40,709 nt of DNA from a virus (IMGVR_UViG_3300037043_000392:1-40709); one strand, 5' to 3'; shown: positions 18,692-27,468, counted from the first letter of the stretch. The notes: a model not told the origin generated them from the sequence alone. Translations and numbers: made by a program.

Positions 18692-19672
18692 TTACGTGAC
18701 GATGGTGTCGTACCAGAGGAAGCCGAGATCGCTTCCGGTCTGGACGATGTCGGTCTCCTCGGCCACTTCGTAAACGTCCTGGTGCTCGGCCGGCTCGCGC
18801 CAGGTGGTGGTGCGCCGGGACTGGCCGTTTTCGTAGGCCACCCGCGCCTGCAGGCCGGCGGTGGGCACCTTGAGGCCCGGGGAGGACGGCCGGTAGAAGA
18901 GGAAGGCCGAGCCTTTGCCGGCGTTCTTCTCCCAGATGTTGCTCGCAGTGAAATCCGTGCCGGCCTTGGTCTCCTTGGCGGTCGAGTAGATCGCCTCGCC
19001 CACCAGGACCTCATCCAGCCCGAGCAGGGCCGCGATCATCTCGGCGCTGACGATGCCGCGCTGGACGTACTTGATGCGGTCGATGACGGCCGGAATTTCC
19101 TTCACGATCTGGTAGGTGCCGTGATCCAGCATGAGCACGTTGGGCTTGAGGCCCGTGTTGGAGCGGATGGTCTCGATCCTGGCGTTCACGTCGACCAAAA
19201 ACGTGTTGGTGGCGTCGACCGGCGCCCAGAGCCCGGCCGCGTCCTCGCCGGCGACTCCGCTCCAGGTGCCGCCGATGATCATGGAGGCCACCCGGCGCTC
19301 TTTTTTCATGTCCACCTTGTCGGTGGCGAACTCGATGGCGTCCTGGTCGGGCTTGAGGGGCGGGGCGCCCTGGACGTTCGCGAACTTGCGGTCCTCGTCG
19401 GTAACCTCCTTGGCGAAGGCGAATTCCTTGGTGGAGATCGGGAGAAAGTCCACCGGGTAGCCGCCGCGCTTGGCGCGCGCGCCGGGGCCGCGGATGTCGG
19501 CCTCGTCGCGGAACCAGGCGCCCTTGAGGTAGCGGGCGATCTTGGCTTCGGGGGGGATGCGGTCGATGATCGGGAAGACCCGATCGGCGATGTAGCTCTT
19601 GTTCCGGTAGGCGATGCTGACGTTCGCAAGCGGCCCTGCGACGATCAGATCCCTGGTGTTCGGCTGGGGCAT
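18692..19672 (-). CDS. Major capsid protein
   Basis: 326 aa; LANVSIAYRNKSYIADRVFP; AAGGAGG RBS; follows the protease and decoration genes. Confidence 0.9.
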   Translation of the reverse strand: MPQPNTRDLIVAGPLANVSIAYRNKSYIADRVFPIIDRIPPEAKIARYLKGAWFRDEADIRGPGARAKRGGYPVDFLPISTKEFAFAKEVTDEDRKFANVQGAPPLKPDQDAIEFATDKVDMKKERRVASMIIGGTWSGVAGEDAAGLWAPVDATNTFLVDVNARIETIRSNTGLKPNVLMLDHGTYQIVKEIPAVIDRIKYVQRGIVSAEMIAALLGLDEVLVGEAIYSTAKETKAGTDFTASNIWEKNAGKGSAFLFYRPSSPGLKVPTAGLQARVAYENGQSRRTTTWREPAEHQDVYEVAEETDIVQTGSDLGFLWYDTIVT

Positions 19673-19688
19673 GACAACCTCCTTTGTG

Positions 19689-19735
19689 TCCGGCCGGGGG
19701 CCGGAATTTGAAATCTCAAATTTGAAATTTGAAAT
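19689..19735 (-). repeat. Intergenic heptamer run plus TCCGGCC-CCC-GGCCGGA hairpin (before capsid)
   Basis: ATTTCAAATTTCAAATTTGAGATTTCAAATTCCGG on the minus strand. Confidence 0.7.
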
Positions 19736-19750
19736 CGGCCGCCTTGCGGC

Positions 19751-20146
19751 CTACGCCTTGACGGTCAGCGGGGTCAGCAGCACGGTGCCCAGCCCGTCCT
19801 CGGCGCCGCCCTCGAGCAGCACGCCGGCGGGGTAGCCCGTGGCGACCGCCGCGATCGCCTTGCCGGCGTCGTCGGCGTCGACGTACTCGCACTGCACGAC
19901 GGCGCCGATGGCGAGCGTGGCGCCGAGCTGGATCTTGGAGATCCCGCCCCCGAGCGGCATGACCACGGCCGGCTTGTCGGCCGCGGCGGGCGCGTTCTGC
20001 AGCACCCCGAGCGGGATGTCGGTGGCGGCGTTCGGGCGCCGGACTTTGCCGGAGGTGGCGTCCAGCACCACCAGGCGGAACTGGTCGTTGCTCAGGTCCT
20101 CGTCGGCCGGCAGCGTGATGGTCAATACTCTGTTTTCCCAGGCCAT
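19751..20146 (-). CDS. Capsid decoration/cement protein
   Basis: 131 aa, Gly/Ala-rich, PLGVLQN; between scaffold and capsid genes. Confidence 0.78.
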   Translation of the reverse strand: MAWENRVLTITLPADEDLSNDQFRLVVLDATSGKVRRPNAATDIPLGVLQNAPAAADKPAVVMPLGGGISKIQLGATLAIGAVVQCEYVDADDAGKAIAAVATGYPAGVLLEGGAEDGLGTVLLTPLTVKA

Positions 20147-20152
20147 TGTCTT

Positions 20153-20199
20153 TTCCTCCCTTCGGTCGGAATTAAAAAATTGAGATTCGAAATTTGAAA
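20153..20199 (-). repeat. Intergenic heptamer run plus TTCC-GA-CC-GAA-GG-GA-GGAA hairpin (before decoration gene)
   Basis: Read directly from the sequence. Confidence 0.7.
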
Positions 20200-20203
20200 C
20201 CGC

Positions 20204-20809
20204 CTACCGGATGCCGGCGGCGTATTCCCTGGCCAGTTCCGGATTCTCCAGCTGGACGGCCGTGAGCGCCTCTGAGAAGGTGAGCGTCGGCTCCTTCTCG
20301 CGCCGGGCCTTGACCAGGGCATCGAGCTTGCCGCCAGCGTCTCCCGAGACGTCCTTGTCGCGGCTGGCGATCTCTTTGAACTCGATCACCTTGGGCAGCT
20401 CGGAGACGAACTTCTTCATGAACTCGGCGGGCGAGCACTTGGTCCCCTCGGCGAACTGGACCTCGGCCCCGGCGTCGAGCCCCTGCATGAACTCCAAAAG
20501 CCCCAGCTTGCCCCAGGCCGGCGCGATTTTGCCGGCCGCGAGCTGCGCGTCGTACCAGGCCTTGAGCGCTGATCTGCGGGACTCGTCCTCGGCCTTCCGG
20601 CTCTTCTCGGCGAACTCGGCCTCGACCGCCTTGCGGGCGTCGGCCTCGGCCTGCTTCTTGGCGGCCTCGACCTGGGCGGCCAGCTCGGACTCCGAGAAGG
20701 TCTTGCCCGCGTCGGCCGGCTTCACCGCCGGCTTCGGCAGCTCCAGGTCCGGGTCCTGCTCCACCTGCTTCCAGAACTTGAAAATCTCCATGAATTCGGA
20801 AAACTTCAT
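20204..20809 (-). CDS. Nested in-frame scaffold protein (Mu gpZ-like)
   Basis: Internal AAGGAGG-N5-ATG (MKFSEF...) in frame; coiled-coil product. Mu I/Z has the same arrangement. Confidence 0.65.
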   Translation of the reverse strand: MKFSEFMEIFKFWKQVEQDPDLELPKPAVKPADAGKTFSESELAAQVEAAKKQAEADARKAVEAEFAEKSRKAEDESRRSALKAWYDAQLAAGKIAPAWGKLGLLEFMQGLDAGAEVQFAEGTKCSPAEFMKKFVSELPKVIEFKEIASRDKDVSGDAGGKLDALVKARREKEPTLTFSEALTAVQLENPELAREYAAGIR

Positions 20810-21271
20810 CTTTGCCTCCTTTCGATCGCGTTGTTGGTTCTCGTTGAACTCGAAAACGGACTCCGCCGCTCCGGCGAAGCCGATGTCGGCCAGGGCCTTC
20901 ACCGCCGGCGGCATGCCTCCCAGAAAACCCACGTGCCTCAGCCGCCCGTCCGGGTAGAAGGCGGCCGAGCGCTTCTTGTAGACGCCCTGCCGGACCGCGG
21001 CCTCGAACTCGGGCACCACCTGCTTACACTTGGCGAGCATCACCTTCGCGCCGTCCCGGACGGCGGTTTTAAGTCCCTCCACCCACCCGAAGGCGGGCGA
21101 GTTGTCCCGCGGGTGCCCCACCACGAGCGGCGGCTCGTGCGCGGCCGCGTTGAACTGCGACACGGCGCGCTCGATCAGGGCGTCGCCGTCGTGCTCGCGG
21201 CCGTTGGAATCGACCTGTCTGCCGCCGCGGAAGATCTCGATCCAGTCGTTGAAGCCTGCGAATTCCGGCAT
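20204..21271 (-). CDS. Capsid maturation protease / scaffold (Mu gpI-like)
   Basis: WIEIFRGG...PLVVGHP...PAFGWV...YKKRSAAFY...LRHVGFLGGMPPAVKAL; start at 21271 with GGAGG RBS. Confidence 0.9.
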   Translation of the reverse strand: MPEFAGFNDWIEIFRGGRQVDSNGREHDGDALIERAVSQFNAAAHEPPLVVGHPRDNSPAFGWVEGLKTAVRDGAKVMLAKCKQVVPEFEAAVRQGVYKKRSAAFYPDGRLRHVGFLGGMPPAVKALADIGFAGAAESVFEFNENQQRDRKEAKMKFSEFMEIFKFWKQVEQDPDLELPKPAVKPADAGKTFSESELAAQVEAAKKQAEADARKAVEAEFAEKSRKAEDESRRSALKAWYDAQLAAGKIAPAWGKLGLLEFMQGLDAGAEVQFAEGTKCSPAEFMKKFVSELPKVIEFKEIASRDKDVSGDAGGKLDALVKARREKEPTLTFSEALTAVQLENPELAREYAAGIR

Positions 21272-21318
21272 CACTTGCCTCCCATGATGTGTTTGGCCAG
21301 GGCCGCCCGGATCTCGGC

Positions 21319-21555
21319 CCAGTCCTCGTCCTGGACGAGCAGGAATGGACGCGCCGGGATGGTCGCGCCGGGCCAGTTGACCTTTTTCACCGGGTGCCGC
21401 GCCCCCGGATATGTTCATGCACGCCCACCAAGAAATAATTCAGATATTCGTTCGTTGATCTTCTTCCAGTCCTCGTCCTGAACGACCAAAAAGGGCCGCG
21501 CCGGGATGGTCGCGCCGGGCCAGTTGACCTTTTTCACCGGGTGCCGCGCCCCCGG
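21319..21555 (-). repeat. 90-bp direct repeat (21319-21408 / 21466-21555) duplicating the 3' end of the gpG gene
   Basis: 59 bp identical, the rest mostly synonymous changes; offset 147 bp. Confidence 0.9.
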
Positions 21556-21921
21556 CCAGGAAAGGGCCTTGCCCTTGACCGGCAGGATCACCCGCGCGCC
21601 GATCCGGCCCCCGAGCTGGTGGATGGCGGCGTAAATTTTGTTGGTGCCGACCAGCACGCGATGGCCCTCGACCTGGTAGTTGATCGAGCCGACCAGGCCG
21701 CCCCGGTAGCCCTGGTCGACCAGCGTCGGCCGGCCCGCGCGCTGCGCAGCCTTAGAAGGCTTCCACTTCACCGGGCGGCCGCCCTCTTCGAAGTTGCGCT
21801 GCACGGAGGAGACCACCGTCGAGCCGACAACCTCCAGGGCCGGCTTGATGTCGGCCATGCGCCGAAGGGCCGCCCTGATGCCCGTATCGTCGAGTTTTAC
21901 CGTGATCCGCACGCCTTCCAC
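21415..21921 (-). CDS. Virion morphogenesis protein (Mu gpG-like)
   Basis: NFEEGGRP..W...VGTNKIYAAIHQLGG...IPARPFL. Confidence 0.9.
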   Translation of the reverse strand: MEGVRITVKLDDTGIRAALRRMADIKPALEVVGSTVVSSVQRNFEEGGRPVKWKPSKAAQRAGRPTLVDQGYRGGLVGSINYQVEGHRVLVGTNKIYAAIHQLGGRIGARVILPVKGKALSWPGARHPVKKVNWPGATIPARPFLVVQDEDWKKINERISELFLGGRA

Positions 21922-21950
21922 TTGACTTCAGCCTCCGACTGCCCTATGCT
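21922..21950 (+). promoter_or_regulatory. sigma70-type promoter antisense to the late operon
   Basis: TTGACT (21922-27), 17 bp spacer, TATGCT (21945-50). Confidence 0.65.
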
Positions 21951-21954
21951 TTTA

Positions 21955-22030
21955 TCCAGCGACGGACCGGGTTGAGCTGACGCCTCGACAACCTGGTCCC
22001 GGCGGACAGATGGCGCAGCGTCTGAGCCCC
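21955..22030 (+). ncRNA. Candidate structured small RNA (11-bp stem plus potential pseudoknot)
   Basis: GGACCGGGUUG (21964-74) pairs with CAACCUGGUCC (21989-99), with a G-U that works only on this strand; loop GACGC pairs with GCGUC (22018-22). Confidence 0.5.
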
Positions 22031-23268
22031 TATCTTGTCCACAACAACTTCCCCCTGCGCTGATCGTTCAAATAATCCAAGTTTCTCGTCAGAAGCATCG
22101 TCCATGCCTCCAGCATCCCCTTGCGCGCCTGGGCCACCAGGAGAAGCCCCCGCTCCTTTTCGAGTTGCACGGCCTTGATCACCCGCGTCCTGAGCTCGAT
22201 CTTGCCGGTGCCCCTGTGGCGTTCGAACGCGAGCCACACCTCGAAGGGGTCTTCCAGCAGCTCCGCCAGAAACGGCAGAAACGGGCTGCGGTCCGCCGGG
22301 ATGTGCTCGGCGAGCGTCTCGGCGTTGGCCAGGATGTCGTAGCGGAACCCTGGGCGCTCGAAGGAGAACACTCTCTCGGGGCCGCCGAACTGCTCCGCGA
22401 TCGCCGCCGCCACCTGCGCCGCATCCGTCAACCTCTCCCCGAGCGTTGCCCGCGGGGCGTCGACCGGAATCATTTCCGGCCGGGCGTACGTCCGCCAGTC
22501 TCCGGGGGTGAGCGTCTCCCAGGCCTTGGCGCCCTGGGCCTGCCACTCGGCCATCGCCTGCTCCGAGAGCCTGCGCCCCCAGGCGGCCTCGCCCACGTTG
22601 TAATTCCAGCCCGGGCCCACGCCGACCGGAATGGTCTCGACCTCGCCGGTCCGCGGGTTTTTCCACTCGTAGGTGCCGTCCTTCGGGGCCTCGGTTTTGA
22701 TGTCAACGCCTTCGGCCTTCAGTTGCTCGACCTCGCGGGCCGAGTGGTTGGTGACACCGCATTTGCACCCCCAGGCCGAGGGCGGCCAGTGCGTGTCCCA
22801 CCAGGGGTCGTCGGCCGGCAGCACCAGGTTGTACCAGGCCATGTGCTCGACCCGTTTTTCGCGCGAGGAGCTGGCGATATAGCGCCAGAAGGGCCGGGCC
22901 CGGAGCACGGCCGGGGTGGTCATCTGCGCGTAGCGGCCGGCCGAGTAGGCGGTGGCCAGATTCGTCTGGTAGATCACCTTCGAGCGCCAGTCCCGCCCGC
23001 CCTTGTAGTCCCAGCCGTGTTTCGCCACGATGGAATCGAAGTCCTTGCGGAACTCGGCCAGCGTCGTGCCCTTTTCGATCCCCTTGCGGACCGCCGCGTT
23101 GAAGTCGGCGAGCAGCTCGGCCTTCGTCGCCCCGGCCACCACGAAGGCCCGCGCGTGCTGGCCCTTCCGGATGTCGAGCCAGGTCCGCGTCGGCAGGTTG
23201 ACCTTGCCCCGGAAGTGCTCGATGGCCTGCCCGAACGGCAGGGCCAGGGCTTCAACGGCGTCCGGCAT
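22030..23268 (-). CDS. MuF minor head protein with a C-terminal PBECR2-like nuclease domain
   Basis: MuF motifs IYQTNLATAYSAGRY, R.EH..W, DDPWW..HWPP..WGCKC; extension LLEDPFEVW...RVIK...WT...YLNDQRRGKLLW. Confidence 0.82.
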   Translation of the reverse strand: MPDAVEALALPFGQAIEHFRGKVNLPTRTWLDIRKGQHARAFVVAGATKAELLADFNAAVRKGIEKGTTLAEFRKDFDSIVAKHGWDYKGGRDWRSKVIYQTNLATAYSAGRYAQMTTPAVLRARPFWRYIASSSREKRVEHMAWYNLVLPADDPWWDTHWPPSAWGCKCGVTNHSAREVEQLKAEGVDIKTEAPKDGTYEWKNPRTGEVETIPVGVGPGWNYNVGEAAWGRRLSEQAMAEWQAQGAKAWETLTPGDWRTYARPEMIPVDAPRATLGERLTDAAQVAAAIAEQFGGPERVFSFERPGFRYDILANAETLAEHIPADRSPFLPFLAELLEDPFEVWLAFERHRGTGKIELRTRVIKAVQLEKERGLLLVAQARKGMLEAWTMLLTRNLDYLNDQRRGKLLWTR

Positions 23269-24826
23269 CGAACCTCCCGGCGAGCTCGGCAAGCGTGAAG
23301 GCCTGCTCCATCAGGTCGGCCAGCGCCGAGGCGTCCATGTCCCCGTACACGTCGAGCAGCCGGTCCTGGAACTCCTCCAGGCTTTCGACCTGGTCGAGCA
23401 GGCGCCGGATCGGTTCGACCAGGACGCCCATGTCGGCCGCCTGCCGGGTTTTTTCGACCAGGGCGTCCAACCGCGCCCCCGGAATATCGTCCGACTGCAT
23501 TAGAGGCGATTTAAGTCCCCTGTTTTCGTTGACGGCTATCCTTGCACCCGCAAACTCGCGATCGCCCCGTTTTCCGCCCTGCCCGTTCGTTTTTTTGGCA
23601 TTTTCGGGGGCGGCTTCGGGGGGTTTTCCGCCCAAGGTCTCCTCCGCGCCCTCCGGCTCGGGGATCCCGTAGGTCTCGAAGAAGTATCTTTTGGGGATCG
23701 GAAGGCCGATGTCGACCGCGAGGATCTTGTCGCGCTCGGCGAGCGGCTGGAGGTCTTCCTCGTCCTCGCAGCGGATCCAAAGCTTCGGATATTCGCTCAC
23801 GCCGGGGAAGTTCAGGTCTACCAGCCAGCGCACGAGCGTGTTGTTCAGACATTCGCAGAGCAGGTCCGCGTCGGCCTTGACGATGTCCGCCCGCACCTCA
23901 TCGTGGGTCTGGCTGGCGGCATACGACCCCTCGCCCTTGACCTCGGTGGTGAGCGTCTGGCCGAGGACCGCCTTGCTGATCTGCCGGTCCATGAAGTCGC
24001 AAAGGCCCTCGTAGGAGGCCTGGCCGGTACGGGAGGCCTCCAGCAGGTCCACCTCCATCGTGTTCGGGAACTTGATGGCCGTGTCGGTCTGGATCGCCCG
24101 CAGCGCCTCCAGGAGCTTCTGCTGCTGGTCCGGTTCGGTGCCCGGCGGGTACTTGCCGAAGACCGTGGGCATGCCGAACTTTTCAAGAAACGTCATCCAG
24201 AACTTGATCCCGTGCTTCTTGAACCAGACCGGCCACCAGAGTTTCTGGCCCAGGCCGCAGCCGTAGGGGTTGTCCGAGCTGCCGAAGGTGGCGACGACGA
24301 ACTTGCGCTCCGGCACCGGCTCGCCCTCGACCATGTTGCCGGGGGTCAGCAGCCGCAGCTCGCGCTCCGGGGTGAAGACGAAGCGGCGCGGGTGTTTGGC
24401 GATGAGCCGTCCCGGCACGAAACGCCCGCGATTCTCGGCCCAGATCACCTCGGCCGCGTAAAACCCGTAGAGGACCCCCTGCAGGATCTCCTGGCGCGCC
24501 TGGTCGAAGTTGGCCGCGGCGAACGCCTCGCGCACGAAATCGGCGATCTCCTGGTTCTTTTTGTCCACCCGCTTGGCCCCGGTCTCGGGGGGCAGCACCT
24601 CCCACTCCCGGCCGATCACGGCGAGGTAGCGGGTCTGGAGCACGGCCGCGGCGTGGGCGTCCCGGGCGATTTCGTCGTAGAGCTTGAGGCCCTTGCCGGC
24701 GGCCTCGCTGCGCAGCACCGGGTCCGGGTTCTCCAGCCGCCCGAACCAGCCGGAGAAGATGTCGATATCCTTCGCGGCGGTCGCGATCTCGTCTTTGACG
24801 GGCAGAGCGGGTTTTTGATCGGCCAT
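23252..24826 (-). CDS. Portal protein (Mu gp29 / DUF935)
   Basis: NPYG.GL...W..FLEKFGMP..GKY...QISKAVLGQTLTT...GSYAASQTH. Confidence 0.93.
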   Translation of the reverse strand: MADQKPALPVKDEIATAAKDIDIFSGWFGRLENPDPVLRSEAAGKGLKLYDEIARDAHAAAVLQTRYLAVIGREWEVLPPETGAKRVDKKNQEIADFVREAFAAANFDQARQEILQGVLYGFYAAEVIWAENRGRFVPGRLIAKHPRRFVFTPERELRLLTPGNMVEGEPVPERKFVVATFGSSDNPYGCGLGQKLWWPVWFKKHGIKFWMTFLEKFGMPTVFGKYPPGTEPDQQQKLLEALRAIQTDTAIKFPNTMEVDLLEASRTGQASYEGLCDFMDRQISKAVLGQTLTTEVKGEGSYAASQTHDEVRADIVKADADLLCECLNNTLVRWLVDLNFPGVSEYPKLWIRCEDEEDLQPLAERDKILAVDIGLPIPKRYFFETYGIPEPEGAEETLGGKPPEAAPENAKKTNGQGGKRGDREFAGARIAVNENRGLKSPLMQSDDIPGARLDALVEKTRQAADMGVLVEPIRRLLDQVESLEEFQDRLLDVYGDMDASALADLMEQAFTLAELAGRFDAGRR

Positions 24827-24828
24827 GC

Positions 24829-26259
24829 TTACGCCCCCGTGTAGTTGCCGATGCGGTTATAGGCCCGGCCGTGGCCCGCGGCCTCGAACTCGATCACGCC
24901 GGAGGGCTGGCCGGCCGCGTGCTCGGCCAGGGCAAGTGCCCAAAATCTGTCCTGGTGTCCTTGGCTGCGGTCACCGTCGAACCGGATGTTCCCCGCGGCC
25001 GTCGTGGTCTTCTTGATCCCGCGTAAATCGGCCCGGACCTGGTCGTCGCGCGGGATCCGGACGGCCTTGTCCTCAAAGGCGGCCCGGACCGGGTAGGCGA
25101 GCGCCTCCTTGACCTGGGCCGTGAAGCGCACGGCCTCGACCTTGTACTCGCCGAACTTCTCCTGGGCGCGCTCGGCGAACTGCATGCCGAGGCCCGTATC
25201 GTCGATGCAGCAGCGGCGCACGGCGGGCAGCGACAAGAGCGCGTAAAGCACGGCCTCCTGGGCCGAAAAGGGCATGTTGTGCAGCGTCACGACCTTGCGG
25301 GTGAATTTCATGGACCCGATGCGCTCAAGCACCCAGAACACCGTGAGATCCCGCGCGCGGCCGACGTCCACCCCGACGTAAAGCTCGGTGGGCTTGCGGC
25401 CGTCCGGCATGTGACCCGTATCGTCCATCTCCCAGGCCTCGTCGCCCCGGTACTCGCAGGAGGCGATGAGATCGTAGGAGAGGAAGGCGCCCTCGTCGTC
25501 GGCCGGCACGCACATGTACTCCTGCAGGAAGATCTCCTCGGAGGCGCAGCCGGACCGGATGAAGTCGAAATAGGCGGCTTCGTCCATCGCCATGCGCTCG
25601 TCGCCCGGCGGCAGGACCTGCTGGAGCTTATAGAGAAACCCGTCGTCGAGGGCGGTCTGAAGCGATACCGTATGCAGCGAGAATCCCTTGGGGTTGCCCT
25701 TGTGTTTGACATCCTCGACCAGCTCGTTGAAGAAGTTGGCGGAGCCGCGGTGGGTGGAGACGATCTCCAGGAGCCCGCCCCAGGTGATGCCGGGGTAGGC
25801 GATGGAATAGAGTTTGCGGGGGTCCGGGTGCAGGGCGAATTCGTCCAGCACCCGGCCCCCGCGCTTCCCCGCCTGGGCGTCCGGATTCGAAGACATGCTG
25901 TGGATGCGCTTGCCGTTCGCGAACTGAAGGACGTAGGCCGAAATGCGCTTCTCCTCGTCGATCACCACCGCCCCCAGGTCGCGCGCGGCCGCGTCGAGCA
26001 GCTGGGCGAAGCGCTTGCAGTCCTCCAGAAAAAGCCGGGCCTGGATGTCGTCGCGGCTCGACACCCACTGGTCGTTTCTGTTCTCACGCGGCGCGGTGCG
26101 CTCGCAACAGGCGTAGGCCGAGGACCAGGAAAGACCGATCTGGCGGCCCTTCTCCATGAGCTTCAGCCGGCTCCGGTCGTCGATCCACTTCTGCTGGTAG
26201 GGCAGAAATATCCGGTTCGGCTCGGAGGGGATGATTTTGGCGTTGCCGCGCTTTTTCAC
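24829..26259 (-). CDS. Terminase large subunit (Mu gp28-like)
   Basis: LPYQQKW, KGRQIGLSW, VLDEFA, GVDVGR..D, H.DRFWALALA. Confidence 0.95.
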   Translation of the reverse strand: MKKRGNAKIIPSEPNRIFLPYQQKWIDDRSRLKLMEKGRQIGLSWSSAYACCERTAPRENRNDQWVSSRDDIQARLFLEDCKRFAQLLDAAARDLGAVVIDEEKRISAYVLQFANGKRIHSMSSNPDAQAGKRGGRVLDEFALHPDPRKLYSIAYPGITWGGLLEIVSTHRGSANFFNELVEDVKHKGNPKGFSLHTVSLQTALDDGFLYKLQQVLPPGDERMAMDEAAYFDFIRSGCASEEIFLQEYMCVPADDEGAFLSYDLIASCEYRGDEAWEMDDTGHMPDGRKPTELYVGVDVGRARDLTVFWVLERIGSMKFTRKVVTLHNMPFSAQEAVLYALLSLPAVRRCCIDDTGLGMQFAERAQEKFGEYKVEAVRFTAQVKEALAYPVRAAFEDKAVRIPRDDQVRADLRGIKKTTTAAGNIRFDGDRSQGHQDRFWALALAEHAAGQPSGVIEFEAAGHGRAYNRIGNYTGA

Positions 26260-26846
26260 AGGTTGAGCATCTCCCTAAGCTCCCGGATCCGCTCCTCGCT
26301 CATGGGCTGCTTCTCGTCGGTCGCGGCACCGTCGGGCGCGGCCTTGTCCTGCATCTTGTCGAGAAGCTCCAGACACTGCTTCACGTCCTTGACGGCCGCC
26401 AGGTTGACCGAATCCGGCTGCAGGAGCATGCGCGAGAGCTTGTTCTCGACGATGCCCTTCAGCACCGCCACCGCCTCGGCTTGCGTCCGGAAGACCGGCT
26501 CGCCGCCGGCCGCGGGAGGCTCGGGCGCCGGGGCGCCGGCGGCCGACTTCTCGGCGGCCATCGCGAGCTTTTCGAGCGCCGAAATGGCGAAGGCGTCCAT
26601 CGGGTTCAGGGAGCCGAGCGCCTTCTCCACGAACCGGCGCCGCAATTCGACCGTGTTGCGCCGGATGTCGGCGAAGGCCTGGCGGTACTCCCGGCGCTTC
26701 TCCTGCCAGCCCTCGGTAGCGGCCCAGTGCCGCAGCTGGCTCGAGGAAATCCCGGACGCGGCCGCGAGCTGCTCGAAGGTGACGGAGCCGGTGATGTAGG
26801 CCTCCTCGGCCGAAAACCTGCGCTCCAGGTCGATCTCGGCGCCCAT
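26256..26846 (-). CDS. Terminase small subunit
   Basis: N-terminal HTH (TFEQLAAASGISSSQLRHW...W); directly upstream of TerL. Confidence 0.72.
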   Translation of the reverse strand: MGAEIDLERRFSAEEAYITGSVTFEQLAAASGISSSQLRHWAATEGWQEKRREYRQAFADIRRNTVELRRRFVEKALGSLNPMDAFAISALEKLAMAAEKSAAGAPAPEPPAAGGEPVFRTQAEAVAVLKGIVENKLSRMLLQPDSVNLAAVKDVKQCLELLDKMQDKAAPDGAATDEKQPMSEERIRELREMLNL

Positions 26847-26849
26847 CGA

Positions 26850-27101
26850 TCACCTGCCCAGGGCTTTTCGGATGGCCGCGACCTCGGACTGTTTCTCGCG
26901 GTGCTGCGCCAGGAGGTTGCCCAGCCGCAGGGCCTGATCCACGATCATGTCGGGGGAAAGGTTCTCCAGCTCCTCGAAGGGGTCGATCAGGTTGCGAAGG
27001 CTGTTGATCAGACCCTTGGCGGCGATCGCCGCCCGCTTGGCCTCAAGCTCCGCCTCGGCCAGGCGCCCCTGGTGCTTCAGGCGCTCGTCGTTGAACGACA
27101 T
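26850..27101 (-). CDS. Hypothetical coiled-coil protein
   Basis: 83 aa, GAGGGG RBS, in operon. Confidence 0.7.
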   Translation of the reverse strand: MSFNDERLKHQGRLAEAELEAKRAAIAAKGLINSLRNLIDPFEELENLSPDMIVDQALRLGNLLAQHREKQSEVAAIRKALGR

Positions 27102-27102
27102 C

Positions 27103-27468
27103 TCAATCCCCTCCTCGCTTGTCCGTGTCGTACTGGATGCTCTGGTGGGTGGTGCGCCGGCCGCGGATCACCGGGCAGAACTCGTTGCGGTCGATCGCGT
27201 CGCGCACCCCTATCCAGGCCTGGGTGTTCAGCGTGATGATGTCCTTCTGGTCGTCGGCGAGGCGCTCGTAGTTCTTGACCAGCACGACGTTGGTCTCGTA
27301 CATGGCGATCTGACGCTCCAACGCCTTGCGGACTTGAAAATTCGAAATGAGCTGGATGACGTACGGCCCGATCACGAGCACCAGAAACAGCGACGCGAAC
27401 GGCCAGTTGGCCATCCGCTCCATCACCCCTATGAGCGCGGTCAGGGCCGCGATCTGCTCCGGGCTCAT
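27103..27468 (-). CDS. Membrane-anchored coiled-coil protein (holin/lysis-associated?)
   Basis: N-terminal TM segment then coiled coil; start of the late operon. Confidence 0.6.
   Translation of the reverse strand: MSPEQIAALTALIGVMERMANWPFASLFLVLVIGPYVIQLISNFQVRKALERQIAMYETNVVLVKNYERLADDQKDIITLNTQAWIGVRDAIDRNEFCPVIRGRRTTHQSIQYDTDKRGGD

Noticed and set aside
21272-21418. 49-aa N-terminal extension of the protease given in the ORF track
   Set aside because: It is an off-frame reading of the duplicated gpG end; the RBS supports a start at 21271.
21319-21555. Direct repeat as a DGR template/variable repeat pair
   Set aside because: Differences are mostly synonymous and not adenine-specific; no reverse transcriptase in the window.
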